A DNA stretch of 64,000 bases from Candidatus Aerophobota bacterium (GCA_021163155.1 JAGGXI010000038.1:7731-71730); one strand, 5' to 3'. Counted from the first letter of the stretch, positions 19,598-29,795 are shown. Made by a program: numbers and translations. The notes: generated by a model not told the origin, from the letters alone.

Positions 19598-20674
19598 ATG
19601 AAGACAAATAATTTTTTAGGACGTGATTGGATTGATGCAGAATTAGATTTTTCAAAAGAAGAATGGGAAACACTTATTGATATTGGTTTGGAGTTAAAGA
19701 AATTGCATGCTCTAAAACAAGATCAAACCCATATATTAAAAGGGAAAACATTGTTCACTATGTTTTTTAATCGGTCTCTCCGCACCAGGAGTACTTTCGC
19801 AACCGGAATTCAGCAGTTAGGTGGTTTTCATGTTAGCTTAGAGCCGGGTAAGACATATACACCCACAACTAAGGGGTATGACATACCCTACAAGACAGAA
19901 AGAATTTCTGATGTAGCTATGATTTTAGATAGAGTTGGCGACGCAATAGCTATAAGGATGTATGGTGAACCAACATATTGGATTTATGGATTTGCAAACC
20001 AGACAATGAAAGAATTTGCTAAATATGCGGAAATCCCAATAATTAACATGGAGGGTGATAAATACCATCCCACTCAAGCTCTGGCAGATATGATTACTAT
20101 AAAAGAAAAATTTGGTACTTTTAAAGGAATCAAGCTAACAATGTCATGGGCTTACTCTGGTTCAATTGCAAAGCCAAGAGCCGTCCCACAATCAACTATT
20201 CTTGCAGCAACAAAGATGGGCATGGATGTAACTCTCGCATATCCAGAAGGCTTTGAGCTCGATACTAAGGTTATCGAACATTGTAGAAAATTTGCAAATG
20301 AAAACAATGGTTCATTCAAAACTACTAATGATTTCAACGAAGGTTTTAAAGATGCACACGTTGTTTATCCTAAATCTTGGGGACCGGTTTCGTGTTTTAG
20401 CTATGTAGATAAAAGTGGAAAAGTTATCAAAAAATATGATCACGAAAAGGCAAGAAAACTAAATGAATCCAACAAAAGCTGGATTACTACTAAAAAACAG
20501 ATGGAAATAATTCATAAAGATGGTATATATATGCATTGCCTCCCGGCTGATAGAGGACAGGAAGTTACAGATGAGGTAATAGATGGTAAAAATTCTGTTA
20601 TAATTGATGAAGCAGAAAATAGACTTCATGCTCATAAAGCAATAATGGCAATGATTATGGGTGGTAGGTTATAA
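19598..20674 (+). CDS. YgeW/ArgF'-type (knotted) carbamoyltransferase, substrate unknown
   Basis: FFNRSLRTR CP-binding motif, HPTQALAD, WAYS...KPRAVPQS, VYPKSWG, HCLPADRG, EAENR. Confidence 0.85.
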   Translation: MKTNNFLGRDWIDAELDFSKEEWETLIDIGLELKKLHALKQDQTHILKGKTLFTMFFNRSLRTRSTFATGIQQLGGFHVSLEPGKTYTPTTKGYDIPYKTERISDVAMILDRVGDAIAIRMYGEPTYWIYGFANQTMKEFAKYAEIPIINMEGDKYHPTQALADMITIKEKFGTFKGIKLTMSWAYSGSIAKPRAVPQSTILAATKMGMDVTLAYPEGFELDTKVIEHCRKFANENNGSFKTTNDFNEGFKDAHVVYPKSWGPVSCFSYVDKSGKVIKKYDHEKARKLNESNKSWITTKKQMEIIHKDGIYMHCLPADRGQEVTDEVIDGKNSVIIDEAENRLHAHKAIMAMIMGGRL

Positions 20675-21025
20675 ATATCAAAAAAGAATAACAGCTCAAT
20701 GAAAATTAAATTACGAATGTTTTTAAATATATATTTTCCCCTTTTATTTTAGTTTGTGGAATTTTATCTCCTGGGTTTATCCGTCCCCCTCATCTTCTTA
20801 ATGTAATTCGCCAGGAAAGTATTAGGTTGAGGATGCAATTCATAATTCCTTAAATAAAGGTCTTTTGACGAGATAAAAACAGAAGATACGATGGGCAAGT
20901 ATAAAATATGAGAATAAACGAAGACCTTTTTTAAAGAGAGAATTGTTGAAAAATTATTTTTTTTAGAAACTTTCAGAGAAAGATAAATTAAATTATTTAT
21001 TATTAGAAAGGAATAAGGGCAAATT

Positions 21026-22381
21026 ATGTACATTAAAAACAGAGAGAAACTTACCTCACATGGTTATAAAAAAGGAAGGGAGGCAGCGATAGATATTATT
21101 GAATATACATTACATGCTATAGATCCTTATATAGCTACAAAAAATCTTGTTAAACTTTGTGGAGAAACCTTAACCGTTGGCCCTCTGAACTTTGACTTAT
21201 CCCAAAGAGGTAACATTTATGTTCTTGGCGCAGGGAAGGCTACCTTTCCCATCGCTAAAGCTCTCGAAGAGATTTTAGGGGGAAAAATTGCGAAAGGTCT
21301 TATAATCGTTAAGAAAGGTCAAGATGGGACTCTAAAAAAGATTAAGATAAGAGAGGCTTCTCATCCACTGCCTGGCAAAGAAGGGTTTAATGCAGCAAAA
21401 GAGATAATGAAAATAGCTAAACAAACACAAAAAAAAGATATTGTTTTTTGTACTATTACAGGAGGAAGTTCAGCCTTAGCTCCTCTTCCTGTCTCAAGCA
21501 TCAGTTTAAAAGAGAAAAAACAAATTAACGAGTTGCTTTTAACCAGCGGCGCTACAATAAGAGAAATCAATACAGTCAGAAAGCATCTTTCAAATATTAA
21601 GGGGGGGAAACTTGCTCTTTCCATATTTCCTGCAGAAATTATTAATTTAACAGTTTCTGATGTTACAGGGGACCCCTTAGATTACATAACTGGTCCAACT
21701 GTTCCAGATACTTCAAATTTTTCAGAAGCAATCTCTGTTCTAAAAAAATATAATTTATGGGATAAACTACCAAAATCGGTTATAAACTATTTACAAAATG
21801 CTACTCCAGAGTTAGAAACTCCTAAAAATTTTGGGAAATTCAGCTCCCTTGTCCACTCTTTTATTTTAATAAAAAGTGGAGTAGTATGTGAATCAGCGGC
21901 TGAAAAGGCAAAAGAACTCGGCTTTACCCCTATGATTCTAACTACTATGCTCGAAGGAGAGAGTAAAGAAGTAGGCATAGTATTGACAGGAATTGCTAAA
22001 GAAATCATACATCATAATAGGCCATTAATTCCTCCCTGTGCACTTATTGCGGGAGGAGAAACTACTGTCAAAATCAATAATGAACATGGTAAGGGAGGGC
22101 CGAATCAAGAATTTGCTTTAAGTGCCGCTTTACAACTCAGTTCCTATACCAACGTCACTGTTGCAGCAATTGATACAGATGGAACAGATGGACCAACTAA
22201 TATAGCCGGGGGACTTGTAGATAATTCCACAATGGAAAGGGCTAAAGAGAAGGGCTTTAATATATTTGAGTGTCTAGTAAAACATGACACTTCTCGTGTC
22301 TTACTCTCATTGGACGATGCAGTTATAACCAAAGCTACAGGAACTAACGCAAATGATTTTAAAATACTATTAGTGAGTTAA
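21026..22381 (+). CDS. Glycerate 2-kinase (GckA/TtuD, MOFRL) family protein, variant motifs
   Basis: GAGKA, ASHPLP, INTVRKHLS.IKGG.LA, SDV.GD, GGETTV, DTDGTDG, TGTN.ND; GGPNQE instead of GGRNQE. Confidence 0.88.
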   Translation: MYIKNREKLTSHGYKKGREAAIDIIEYTLHAIDPYIATKNLVKLCGETLTVGPLNFDLSQRGNIYVLGAGKATFPIAKALEEILGGKIAKGLIIVKKGQDGTLKKIKIREASHPLPGKEGFNAAKEIMKIAKQTQKKDIVFCTITGGSSALAPLPVSSISLKEKKQINELLLTSGATIREINTVRKHLSNIKGGKLALSIFPAEIINLTVSDVTGDPLDYITGPTVPDTSNFSEAISVLKKYNLWDKLPKSVINYLQNATPELETPKNFGKFSSLVHSFILIKSGVVCESAAEKAKELGFTPMILTTMLEGESKEVGIVLTGIAKEIIHHNRPLIPPCALIAGGETTVKINNEHGKGGPNQEFALSAALQLSSYTNVTVAAIDTDGTDGPTNIAGGLVDNSTMERAKEKGFNIFECLVKHDTSRVLLSLDDAVITKATGTNANDFKILLVS

Positions 22382-22503
22382 CTCCAGTTCTTCGATAATA
22401 AAAGAAATTATACCATCTATTCCTTTATAAATTCCTAAATTATTAAGGTTTAAATCATAAAAGAATAAGAAAAAATAAAGAAAAAACAAGGAGAGTAATT
22501 AGT

Positions 22504-23664
22504 ATGAAGATTACGGGTTATATGAGGTCGGATGGTTCAGTGGGAGTCAGAAATTATATTGCTATTCTTCCGTCAGTTGGCTGTGCAAACGATTTCGTTT
22601 TAAAATTAGGAAATATTTACCCAAATGTTAAACTTTTAACACACCGTCAGGGATGTAGTCAAGTGGGTTTGGATAACGACCAAACAGTTCGTACTCTTAT
22701 TGGTTTGGGGAAAAATCCTAATATTGCAGGTGTACTAGTAGTTGGTTTGGGTTGCGAAACAATCAAGGCAGAATATATTGCAAAGGAAATATCAAAAACG
22801 AAAAAGATGGTCGAGTGTTTGGTTTTAAATAATGAAAATGGGGTTGCGTCTGCACTTTCAAAAGGGGCAAGATTGTTGAACCCAATGTTACAAGATGCTT
22901 CAAAAATGAAAAGAACCACCTGTGATATGGAACAGTTAATTATTGGTGTTAAATGTGGTCTCTCAGATTCAACATCTGGTATCACCTCCAATCCCGCTAC
23001 AGGCATTGTATCTGACATGGTTATTGAATCTGGGGGCACTGTCATTTTTGGAGAAACCCCTGAAATTATTGGAGTTGATCATATATTGGCTAAAAGGTCA
23101 GCAAATCAGGATGTTGTAAATAAATTACATCGTTTAATAAATGATTGCAAAGAGAGAGTAAAGGCATCAGGCGGAAATATACAAGAAGCAAACGTTGCTC
23201 CTGGTAATATAGCTGGTGGAATTACAACTATTGAAGAGAAATCTATTGGAGCTATTACAAAAGGAGGAAGAAAGACTTTGCAAGATGTACTTAAATATGG
23301 AGAGAAGCCAAAAGGAAAAGGCTTATTTTTTATGGATAGCCCTGGTCGAACTCCAGAAGCACTAACCGGCTTAATTGCAGCTGGAGCTCAGATTATCATT
23401 TTTTCAACTGGAGGAGGATCACCAGGAGGATCTCCTATTTCTCCAGTAATAAAAGTTACAGGAAACCGAAATACAGCACAACGATTAAAGGATATAATTG
23501 ATGTAGATGTCAGCTCAATAATTATGGGTAAGGAAACTTTAAAAGAGGCAGGTATAAAAATTTTCAAAAAGCTATGTAACGTAGCTAGTGGAGAAGTGAC
23601 AAAAGCAGAGATTCTTGGATATGGTTTAATAAGTATTTGGAATATATCTCCTTTATCTGGATAA
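22504..23664 (+). CDS. UxaA/GarD/SuyB-family dehydratase/lyase, large subunit
   Basis: GY.R.DG.VGVRN, H.QGCSQ, LGCE, KCG.SD..SG...NPA.G, GN..GG.TTIEEKS.G. Confidence 0.9.
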   Translation: MKITGYMRSDGSVGVRNYIAILPSVGCANDFVLKLGNIYPNVKLLTHRQGCSQVGLDNDQTVRTLIGLGKNPNIAGVLVVGLGCETIKAEYIAKEISKTKKMVECLVLNNENGVASALSKGARLLNPMLQDASKMKRTTCDMEQLIIGVKCGLSDSTSGITSNPATGIVSDMVIESGGTVIFGETPEIIGVDHILAKRSANQDVVNKLHRLINDCKERVKASGGNIQEANVAPGNIAGGITTIEEKSIGAITKGGRKTLQDVLKYGEKPKGKGLFFMDSPGRTPEALTGLIAAGAQIIIFSTGGGSPGGSPISPVIKVTGNRNTAQRLKDIIDVDVSSIIMGKETLKEAGIKIFKKLCNVASGEVTKAEILGYGLISIWNISPLSG

Positions 23665-23824
23665 GAAATAGATTAAGAAATATTAGTTTACATTTAAACG
23701 CCTATGATATAATTGGTCGAGAATTCTGTTCGAAAAATGTAAAAAAATGAGTTTTTAGCTATAGTAGCTGTAAAAATAGCATAGTTTGCCGAATCTGGGT
23801 TAAAAATAATGATGGAGGATATTG

Positions 23825-24106
23825 ATGGAGGAAAAAAATGCAATTATGATGGAGGAAAAAGATAATGTAGCTACAGTTCTCTCTGCAGTAGAGAAAAACG
23901 ATAAAGTTAAGATTATACTGGGCAAGAATCATTTTACTGTACTGGCCAAGGAATCAATTCCTTTTGGGCATAAAGTTGCTTTAAGAAAAATAGCAAAAGG
24001 GGAAAATATCATTAAATATGGAGAAGTAATAGGTCGTGCAAGAGATGAAATTAAAAAAGGAACTTATATACATGTACACAACACACAAAGCATTGCTGGC
24101 AAATAA
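23825..24106 (+). CDS. UxaA/SuyA-family SAF-domain small subunit
   Basis: KDNVAT, IPFGHKVAL..I.KGE.IIKYG..IG.A...I..G..IHVHN; GGAGG RBS before ATG 23825. Confidence 0.9.
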   Translation: MEEKNAIMMEEKDNVATVLSAVEKNDKVKIILGKNHFTVLAKESIPFGHKVALRKIAKGENIIKYGEVIGRARDEIKKGTYIHVHNTQSIAGK

Positions 24107-24376
24107 TCATCAATATTAAGTAATATATTTTACTGATATTCTGCATTAAGAGTGTATGAAAATAAATAAGTATTACAATAAAGGTATGGTTTAATCTTCT
24201 GTGAAATTGTCTATTTCTTTCTCATAATTATTATACACTTTTATTTGGCAATTGCCCTCTCATACAAGGATAACGTAAATGTGCAGTAATAAATTATGGG
24301 AGATCTGAACGCTCACATAAAGGATAGTGTCGAAAGATTAATCTTTTTTTAGGGGCTTTCCTAGTAGGAGAAGAAT

Positions 24377-25651
24377 ATGAATATTATCCTTCCTTATGGA
24401 AAAGATCGAGTCTCCGTCTCCTTTGACAGGGAACGCTTAGCGTTTATCTTAAATTTAAGTGAAGCATCTGGGCTAACTGACCTGAAAGTAGAAGTTGAAA
24501 GAGCACTTCAAAATCCGATTGGTACAAGTGGATTAAAGCATTTAGTAAAAGCAAACGATTCAGTAGTAATTCTTGTAGATGATAACACTCGGTTAACTCC
24601 TGTGAAAAGGATTATTCCCTATGTATTAAGTGAGTTGCTTAAAGTCGGAGTAAGTGAAAAAATGATTACTATATTAGTAGCCGCTGGCACGCACCGGGAT
24701 ATGACAGATTTAGAATTACGTGAGAAACTAGGTGCTAATATCTGCGATCGTTTTAAGATAGAGCAGCATAATTATAGAGATAAAAAACATCTCAGAAAGG
24801 TAGGAGAAACCGATGGCATTCCGATAGCGGTGAATGCTACTGCGGTTGAGGCAGATTTTCTGATGGGGATTGGAAATATTATTCCACACTGTGATTTCGG
24901 TTTTTCTGGTGGTGCAAAGATAGTAGAGCCAGGAATTTGCGGTTATACAGCTACTGCTTTTACTCATACACTATGTCAAATTGGTGATGAGATTCCATTA
25001 GGAAAAGTAGAGAACCCCGCTCGACTTAAAGCAGAAGCGATGGCGAAAAAGGCAGGACTGGCATTTATATTAAATGTAGTGCTCAATTCTAAAAATGAAA
25101 TAGTATCTATAGTGGCAGGAGATCCAGTTAAAGCACACCGTGAAGGAGTTAAAAAATCACGGTCTATTTATGGAGCATCCTTTTCGGAACCTGCAAAAAT
25201 CCTTATCTGCAGTGCCTATCCAGCAGATAAGGATTTCTGGCAAGCAGCTAAAGGCCTTGCAGCAGCCTATTTTGCTTGTAAGAAAGATGGTATAATTATA
25301 CTTACCTCACCATGTCGTGAGGGAGTTGCTGATAAAGTTCACTTACAATGGACGAATTATTGGTTAAAAATGACCTTTGCTGAGATTTGTAAGAAGTTAA
25401 ATAAGGCTGATTACGAAGATGAGGAGTTGGACTTTATAGCTGGTGGGGGAGCTGCGATGATTGCTCGAATTCGTGAACATGCTACTGTAATCCTTGTGTC
25501 AGATGGGATATCGGAAAAGGATACTGCGCGATTAGGATTTTTGAAAAGTCCCTCACTTCAGGAAGCGACTGATTTTGCTCTTCGCAGATTCAGAGATGGT
25601 TCTGTGGGTGTTATTCCAATGGGCGGAGACACATTGCCCCTGCGAATTTAG
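24377..25651 (+). CDS. LarA-family nickel-pincer-dependent 2-hydroxyacid racemase/epimerase
   Basis: LPYG, NPIG, DNTR.TP, A.GTHR, IPH..GFSGGAK...PG, D.DFWQA.K. Confidence 0.88.
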   Translation: MNIILPYGKDRVSVSFDRERLAFILNLSEASGLTDLKVEVERALQNPIGTSGLKHLVKANDSVVILVDDNTRLTPVKRIIPYVLSELLKVGVSEKMITILVAAGTHRDMTDLELREKLGANICDRFKIEQHNYRDKKHLRKVGETDGIPIAVNATAVEADFLMGIGNIIPHCDFGFSGGAKIVEPGICGYTATAFTHTLCQIGDEIPLGKVENPARLKAEAMAKKAGLAFILNVVLNSKNEIVSIVAGDPVKAHREGVKKSRSIYGASFSEPAKILICSAYPADKDFWQAAKGLAAAYFACKKDGIIILTSPCREGVADKVHLQWTNYWLKMTFAEICKKLNKADYEDEELDFIAGGGAAMIARIREHATVILVSDGISEKDTARLGFLKSPSLQEATDFALRRFRDGSVGVIPMGGDTLPLRI

Positions 25652-25829
25652 TATAGGGTTTTTGTTAAAAAGTGTAAAAGTTTTAGGAAGAGAAGAATTA
25701 GGAATAAAGCCGAAAGAGAGATAAAAAACAAGTAAATTATTAGAGACCTCTGGGTATATTATGCTATAGATAGCATAATATTGTAACATAACTATGCCAC
25801 CGAAATAGTGTTAAAAGTGATTTGATACA

Positions 25830-25878
25830 GAGGGTTGACAAAAAAAAAATTAATAGTAAACTGTTTATTGTTGACAAT
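25830..25878 (+). promoter_or_regulatory. Sigma70-type promoter with putative GntR/FadR operator (copy 2), upstream of the TRAP operon
   Basis: Identical to 17300-17348; followed by palindrome ATGTCT-N5-AGACAT. Confidence 0.75.
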
Positions 25879-26442
25879 CATTATAAAAAATGTCTGTAAT
25901 AGACATGGTTCAATCTTCTCTGAAGTGCAATAGTTCTTTATTGTAATTATTCCACACTTTTCTCTCATTTGGTAATAGTAAACCGGGCTGAAAAGAAGTA
26001 GAAGGTCTAATCTGAGTTTCAAACCGATACCAACTGAGAGAAAAATTGAGGTAATATACAGGGTAGTAAAAAGAGAAGTTAAGGAAAAAGTTAAATAAGT
26101 AAGACAGAAAATTTTTTAAAAAAAAGGAACAGGGAAGGAAGTTGAATCCATCTGAGGGAAAGATAGAATTCGTAAAGTACCCTATTACGGGTTTGAAAAG
26201 GTATATAGAAATGGCGACCATAAAAGAAAACCAAAGGGGTTCTGGTAAGGAGAAGGTTAAAAATAAAGCCGAGCAAGGAGGTGAAAATATAAGAAGGTTA
26301 TTAGCCGGGAAACAAAGGAAAGCATCTTAAAGAGAGAAGTGTTGAAAAATTAACCTCTCTTTTTAGAAACTTTCAGAAAAAAATGAACCATGTCTTTATG
26401 TTTATTATGCGTAAAAAATAAATAAATACAAGGAGATTTATT

Positions 26443-27525
26443 ATGAGGAAGATTCTAACAATGTTAGGTATTGTTGTTATGATAATCTTTACTTTCGGCC
26501 TGGTTTTTGCCGAAGGCCAAGAGGTTAGCAAGAAAGATCCCATAGTTATTAATATGGGTAACATTGATACTCCCTTTGAGCTTAATTTGAGCAATACAAA
26601 TGGTCAATTCTCCTCTACAGACATAAAATGCAGAGCATTTAAGAAGATTCTAGAAGCAAAAAGCCATGGAAGATTTAAAGTGAAAATTTATCCTAATGGT
26701 CAATTGGGAAATCAACAAGAAATGATGGAAATGAACAGAGAAGGATCTCTACAAATGACTGGATGCTCAGCCTCACCTATTGTTAGATATACCAAAGAGT
26801 TTATGGCATTTCAGATTCCATATATTTTTAAAGACGTAAATGTAGCATTAAAAGCAATGAATGGCCCTTTAGGAGAAGAGTTTAATGAGTTATTTGTGGA
26901 AAAAACTGGTATAAGATTTCTTGCTTGGGGGTTTGAGGGTTATTTCAATGTTGGTACAGTGAATAAGAAAGTTGTTGTTCCTTCTGATATGAAAGGCTTA
27001 AAGATAAGAAGTGGTATGTCTGCAATTAATGTGCAGATATTTAAACTTCTTGATGCAATTGCAACCCCAATACCTTTTACTGAAATTTATACCTCATTGC
27101 AGCAAAGAGTCATTGATGGAGTGTCAACACCAACAGGGTTTCATTATGCATTGAATTTATATGAGCAGGAAAAATATTTAAATATGGCTGATATTCTTTT
27201 TTCCTGGTCTCCAATCTCTATTAATGAAAAGTTTTATCGTTCTTTATCTAAAGAAGATCAATACCTCATTAAAGATGCTGCAGTAGAAGCTATGAAGACC
27301 TTTCAAGGTATGGTATTATGGGGACGTAGTCTGTGGATGGAGGAATTAAAAAAACAAGGTATGGAAGTAATAATCCCTACGCCAGAACAAAAGGCTTTAT
27401 GGATAAAAACTCTTAGAGATCCTATGATAAAATGGGCCAAAAAACAAATAGGTCCAGAATGGGTGGATAAGGTATTTAATGCTAGTAAGGAAGCAGAAGA
27501 AAAATTATACGGTTCTACCCAATAG
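26443..27525 (+). CDS. dctP: TRAP transporter substrate-binding protein
   Basis: Signal peptide; KIYPNGQLG, PSDMKGLKIR (conserved Arg), PIPFTEIYTSLQQ.VIDG. Confidence 0.92.
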   Translation: MRKILTMLGIVVMIIFTFGLVFAEGQEVSKKDPIVINMGNIDTPFELNLSNTNGQFSSTDIKCRAFKKILEAKSHGRFKVKIYPNGQLGNQQEMMEMNREGSLQMTGCSASPIVRYTKEFMAFQIPYIFKDVNVALKAMNGPLGEEFNELFVEKTGIRFLAWGFEGYFNVGTVNKKVVVPSDMKGLKIRSGMSAINVQIFKLLDAIATPIPFTEIYTSLQQRVIDGVSTPTGFHYALNLYEQEKYLNMADILFSWSPISINEKFYRSLSKEDQYLIKDAAVEAMKTFQGMVLWGRSLWMEELKKQGMEVIIPTPEQKALWIKTLRDPMIKWAKKQIGPEWVDKVFNASKEAEEKLYGSTQ

Positions 27526-27560
27526 ATATCGAAGTTAAAGCTGTTAAAATATTCATATTT

Positions 27561-27905
27561 ATCATAGATTTGGCAAACTATTAGAGTGCTTGGCCTGGCT
27601 ATTGGAAAACCAATAAACCTCTTCCACCCTTCCTCTCCCTTAAGGGGGGTATAACCCTCACCTTAGTCCTCCCCCGTAAAGGGAGAGGGGAAGCGGAAGA
27701 AGTTCTGCTGGGTGAGGGTGAGGGTGACCCAGCCTCCCAATAGCCTCTAACTCTTGTTTTGCAAAGGGTGATTGAAGTCGCCCTACCCATTAAAAAGAGT
27801 ATTTTTGATTAGGGAAAAACCCTTTGAAAAATATAAGAATTAGACCTAATGCCATGTTTTGGAATTAACTTTAGCTAATATTATTCAAATTGCCGAATCT
27901 AGGTT
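27561..27905 (+). mobile_element. Longest family A MITE-like copy, containing a CCCTCACC...GGGAGAGGG hairpin
   Basis: Ends ATCATAGATTTGGCAA / TTGCCGAATCTAGGTT; internal segments shared with 12830-12948, 19488, 31746 and 40925. Confidence 0.7.
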
Positions 27906-27946
27906 TATATGTGAACAATTTTAGATAAAGGTGATTAGTAAAAACC

Positions 27947-28429
27947 ATGAATAAAATATTTTACTGGATTTGCAAAGTAGTTACTATCTTTTTAGTTCCA
28001 TTAATGACGATTGTTGTCTTTACACAGGTTATCATGCGTTATGTTTTTTCATCTCCCTTTCCTTGGGCTGAGGAGTTATCCAGGTATATTTTAGTATGGA
28101 TTTCATGCTTTGGAGCCGCTGTTGGAGTAAGAGAAGGGGTGCATGTAAGCATACTTACATTAAACAAACGATTGAAAGGGTGGATTAAATCTTTTGTAAC
28201 GTTTGCCATCCATTTTCTAGAAATAGGTTTCTTTACTGTCACTACAATCTCAGGTACCTTTCTTTCCTTAGGTATGTGGAACATAGAATCTTCAGCCATG
28301 AGGATACACATGACATTGCCTTATATTGCAATTCCTATCAGCTTTTTTTTTATGATGATATTTAGTTTTGAGTCATTGATTAGAGATATAAAAAATATCT
28401 TTTTAATAAATAACAAAACTGGAATTTAG
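27947..28429 (+). CDS. dctQ: TRAP transporter small permease
   Basis: QVIMRYVF..P..WAEELSRY..VW...GAA. Confidence 0.92.
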   Translation: MNKIFYWICKVVTIFLVPLMTIVVFTQVIMRYVFSSPFPWAEELSRYILVWISCFGAAVGVREGVHVSILTLNKRLKGWIKSFVTFAIHFLEIGFFTVTTISGTFLSLGMWNIESSAMRIHMTLPYIAIPISFFFMMIFSFESLIRDIKNIFLINNKTGI

Positions 28430-28439
28430 GAGAAATACC

Positions 28440-29717
28440 TTGCTGATACTGTTTTTCATAATATTTTTACTTGCCATAGTGATAGGTTTACCCGTAGCAT
28501 GGGCTCTGGGAGTAAGCGGTCTTATAGCTATGCCTCTTATGGACTTGCCTCTCAGTATAGTTCCTAGAAAAATTTTTATGGGTATGAACATATATGTACT
28601 GATGTGTATACCATTCTTCATCTTAACTGGAGAAATAATGGCTAGAGGAGGACTCACAAAGAGATTATTGAATTTTGCAGTTCTTCTAGTTGGTAGAATA
28701 AAAGGGGGCTTATCTTTAGCAAATGTTTTGGCAAGTATGCTATTTGGCGGAATTACGGGTTCGGCGGTTGCTGATGCAAGTGCATTGGGTTCTATAGAAA
28801 TACCTATGATGGTAGAGAATGGGTATGATGCAGATTTTTCTGCAGCGATTACTTCTGCTTCTGCATGTATAGGGCCTATAATTCCTCCGAGTATACCAGT
28901 AGTTATATATTCAATGGCAGTTGGTGGTGGAGTTTCAATAGGTGCTTTATTTGCAGCAGGTATAGTCCCTGGTATTTTGGTGGGAGTGGCTCTGATGTTA
29001 GCTTGCTATATAATTTCAAAAATAAGAGATTATCCAAGAAGAGAGCAAAGAGTAGCAATTAAAGATCTTTTAATTGGCTTTAAAGATGCATTTTTAGCAC
29101 TTATGACTCCCATTATTATTTTAGGTGGTGTAATAGGAGGTGTATTCTCACCTACAGAAGCCGGGGCAATAGCTGTTGTATATTCTTTTATCATTTCATT
29201 TTTTGTTTATCACGAATTAAAACTTTCTGATTTGCCAAGTTTGTTTTTACGAAGTGGTAGAACCTCTGCAATGGTAATGATCATAATTGGTACGTCCAGC
29301 ATCTTTGGGATGGTCATTGCGTATGGGCAAGTAGGATTAAAACTTGGAGAGTTTTTAAAACCAATGGGTTATTATGGTTTCATCCTGTCGGTAAATATTA
29401 TCTTACTTATTGTAGGTGGTTTCATGGATAATAATCCTGCCATAATAATTTTAGCTCCAATTTTTGCACCTATAGCAGCCAGGCTGGGAATAAATCCCAT
29501 TCATTTTGGTATTATTTTTGTCATGAATCTTATTATTGGTTTAATTACTCCTCCACTGGGGGAAGTTCTTTTTGTTGCTGCTCCACTTGCAGGCATATCA
29601 TTCGAAAAGGTTACAAAGGCAGTTTTGCCATTTATGATCATAGAAATTGGAGTTCTCTTGTTAGTAAGTTATATACCTTCTATTTCGCTATGGGCACCTA
29701 AAATACTTGGTTTTTAA
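28440..29717 (+). CDS. dctM: TRAP transporter large permease
   Basis: IPFFILTGEIM, FGGITGSAVADA, GPIIPPSIP, FSPTEAG, INPIHFG, IGLITPP.G. Confidence 0.94.
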   Translation: MLILFFIIFLLAIVIGLPVAWALGVSGLIAMPLMDLPLSIVPRKIFMGMNIYVLMCIPFFILTGEIMARGGLTKRLLNFAVLLVGRIKGGLSLANVLASMLFGGITGSAVADASALGSIEIPMMVENGYDADFSAAITSASACIGPIIPPSIPVVIYSMAVGGGVSIGALFAAGIVPGILVGVALMLACYIISKIRDYPRREQRVAIKDLLIGFKDAFLALMTPIIILGGVIGGVFSPTEAGAIAVVYSFIISFFVYHELKLSDLPSLFLRSGRTSAMVMIIIGTSSIFGMVIAYGQVGLKLGEFLKPMGYYGFILSVNIILLIVGGFMDNNPAIIILAPIFAPIAARLGINPIHFGIIFVMNLIIGLITPPLGEVLFVAAPLAGISFEKVTKAVLPFMIIEIGVLLLVSYIPSISLWAPKILGF

Positions 29718-29795
29718 TTAAAAATGTTATTTAGATTTACGGGGAAAAAATTATAAACAAAAACTTAAATTATATAAAGTAAATGGAGGAAAATT

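Noticed and set aside
20764..21033. 89-aa minus-strand ORF
   Set aside because: The N-terminus is AT-rich leader sequence of the kinase gene. The last about 30 codons may be a gene remnant, but I cannot assign a family.
23810..23856. Three TGATGGAGGA copies as a regulatory array
   Set aside because: They correspond to the RBS and a small MEEK duplication at the start of the SAF gene; there is no evidence of a separate function.
25792..26594. Several short ORFs upstream of dctP
   Set aside because: Low-complexity or antisense translations of promoter and leader DNA, with no recognisable motifs or RBS.
27599..27790. 63-aa Ser/Pro-rich ORF
   Set aside because: It is a translation of the family A repeat and its GC-rich hairpin.
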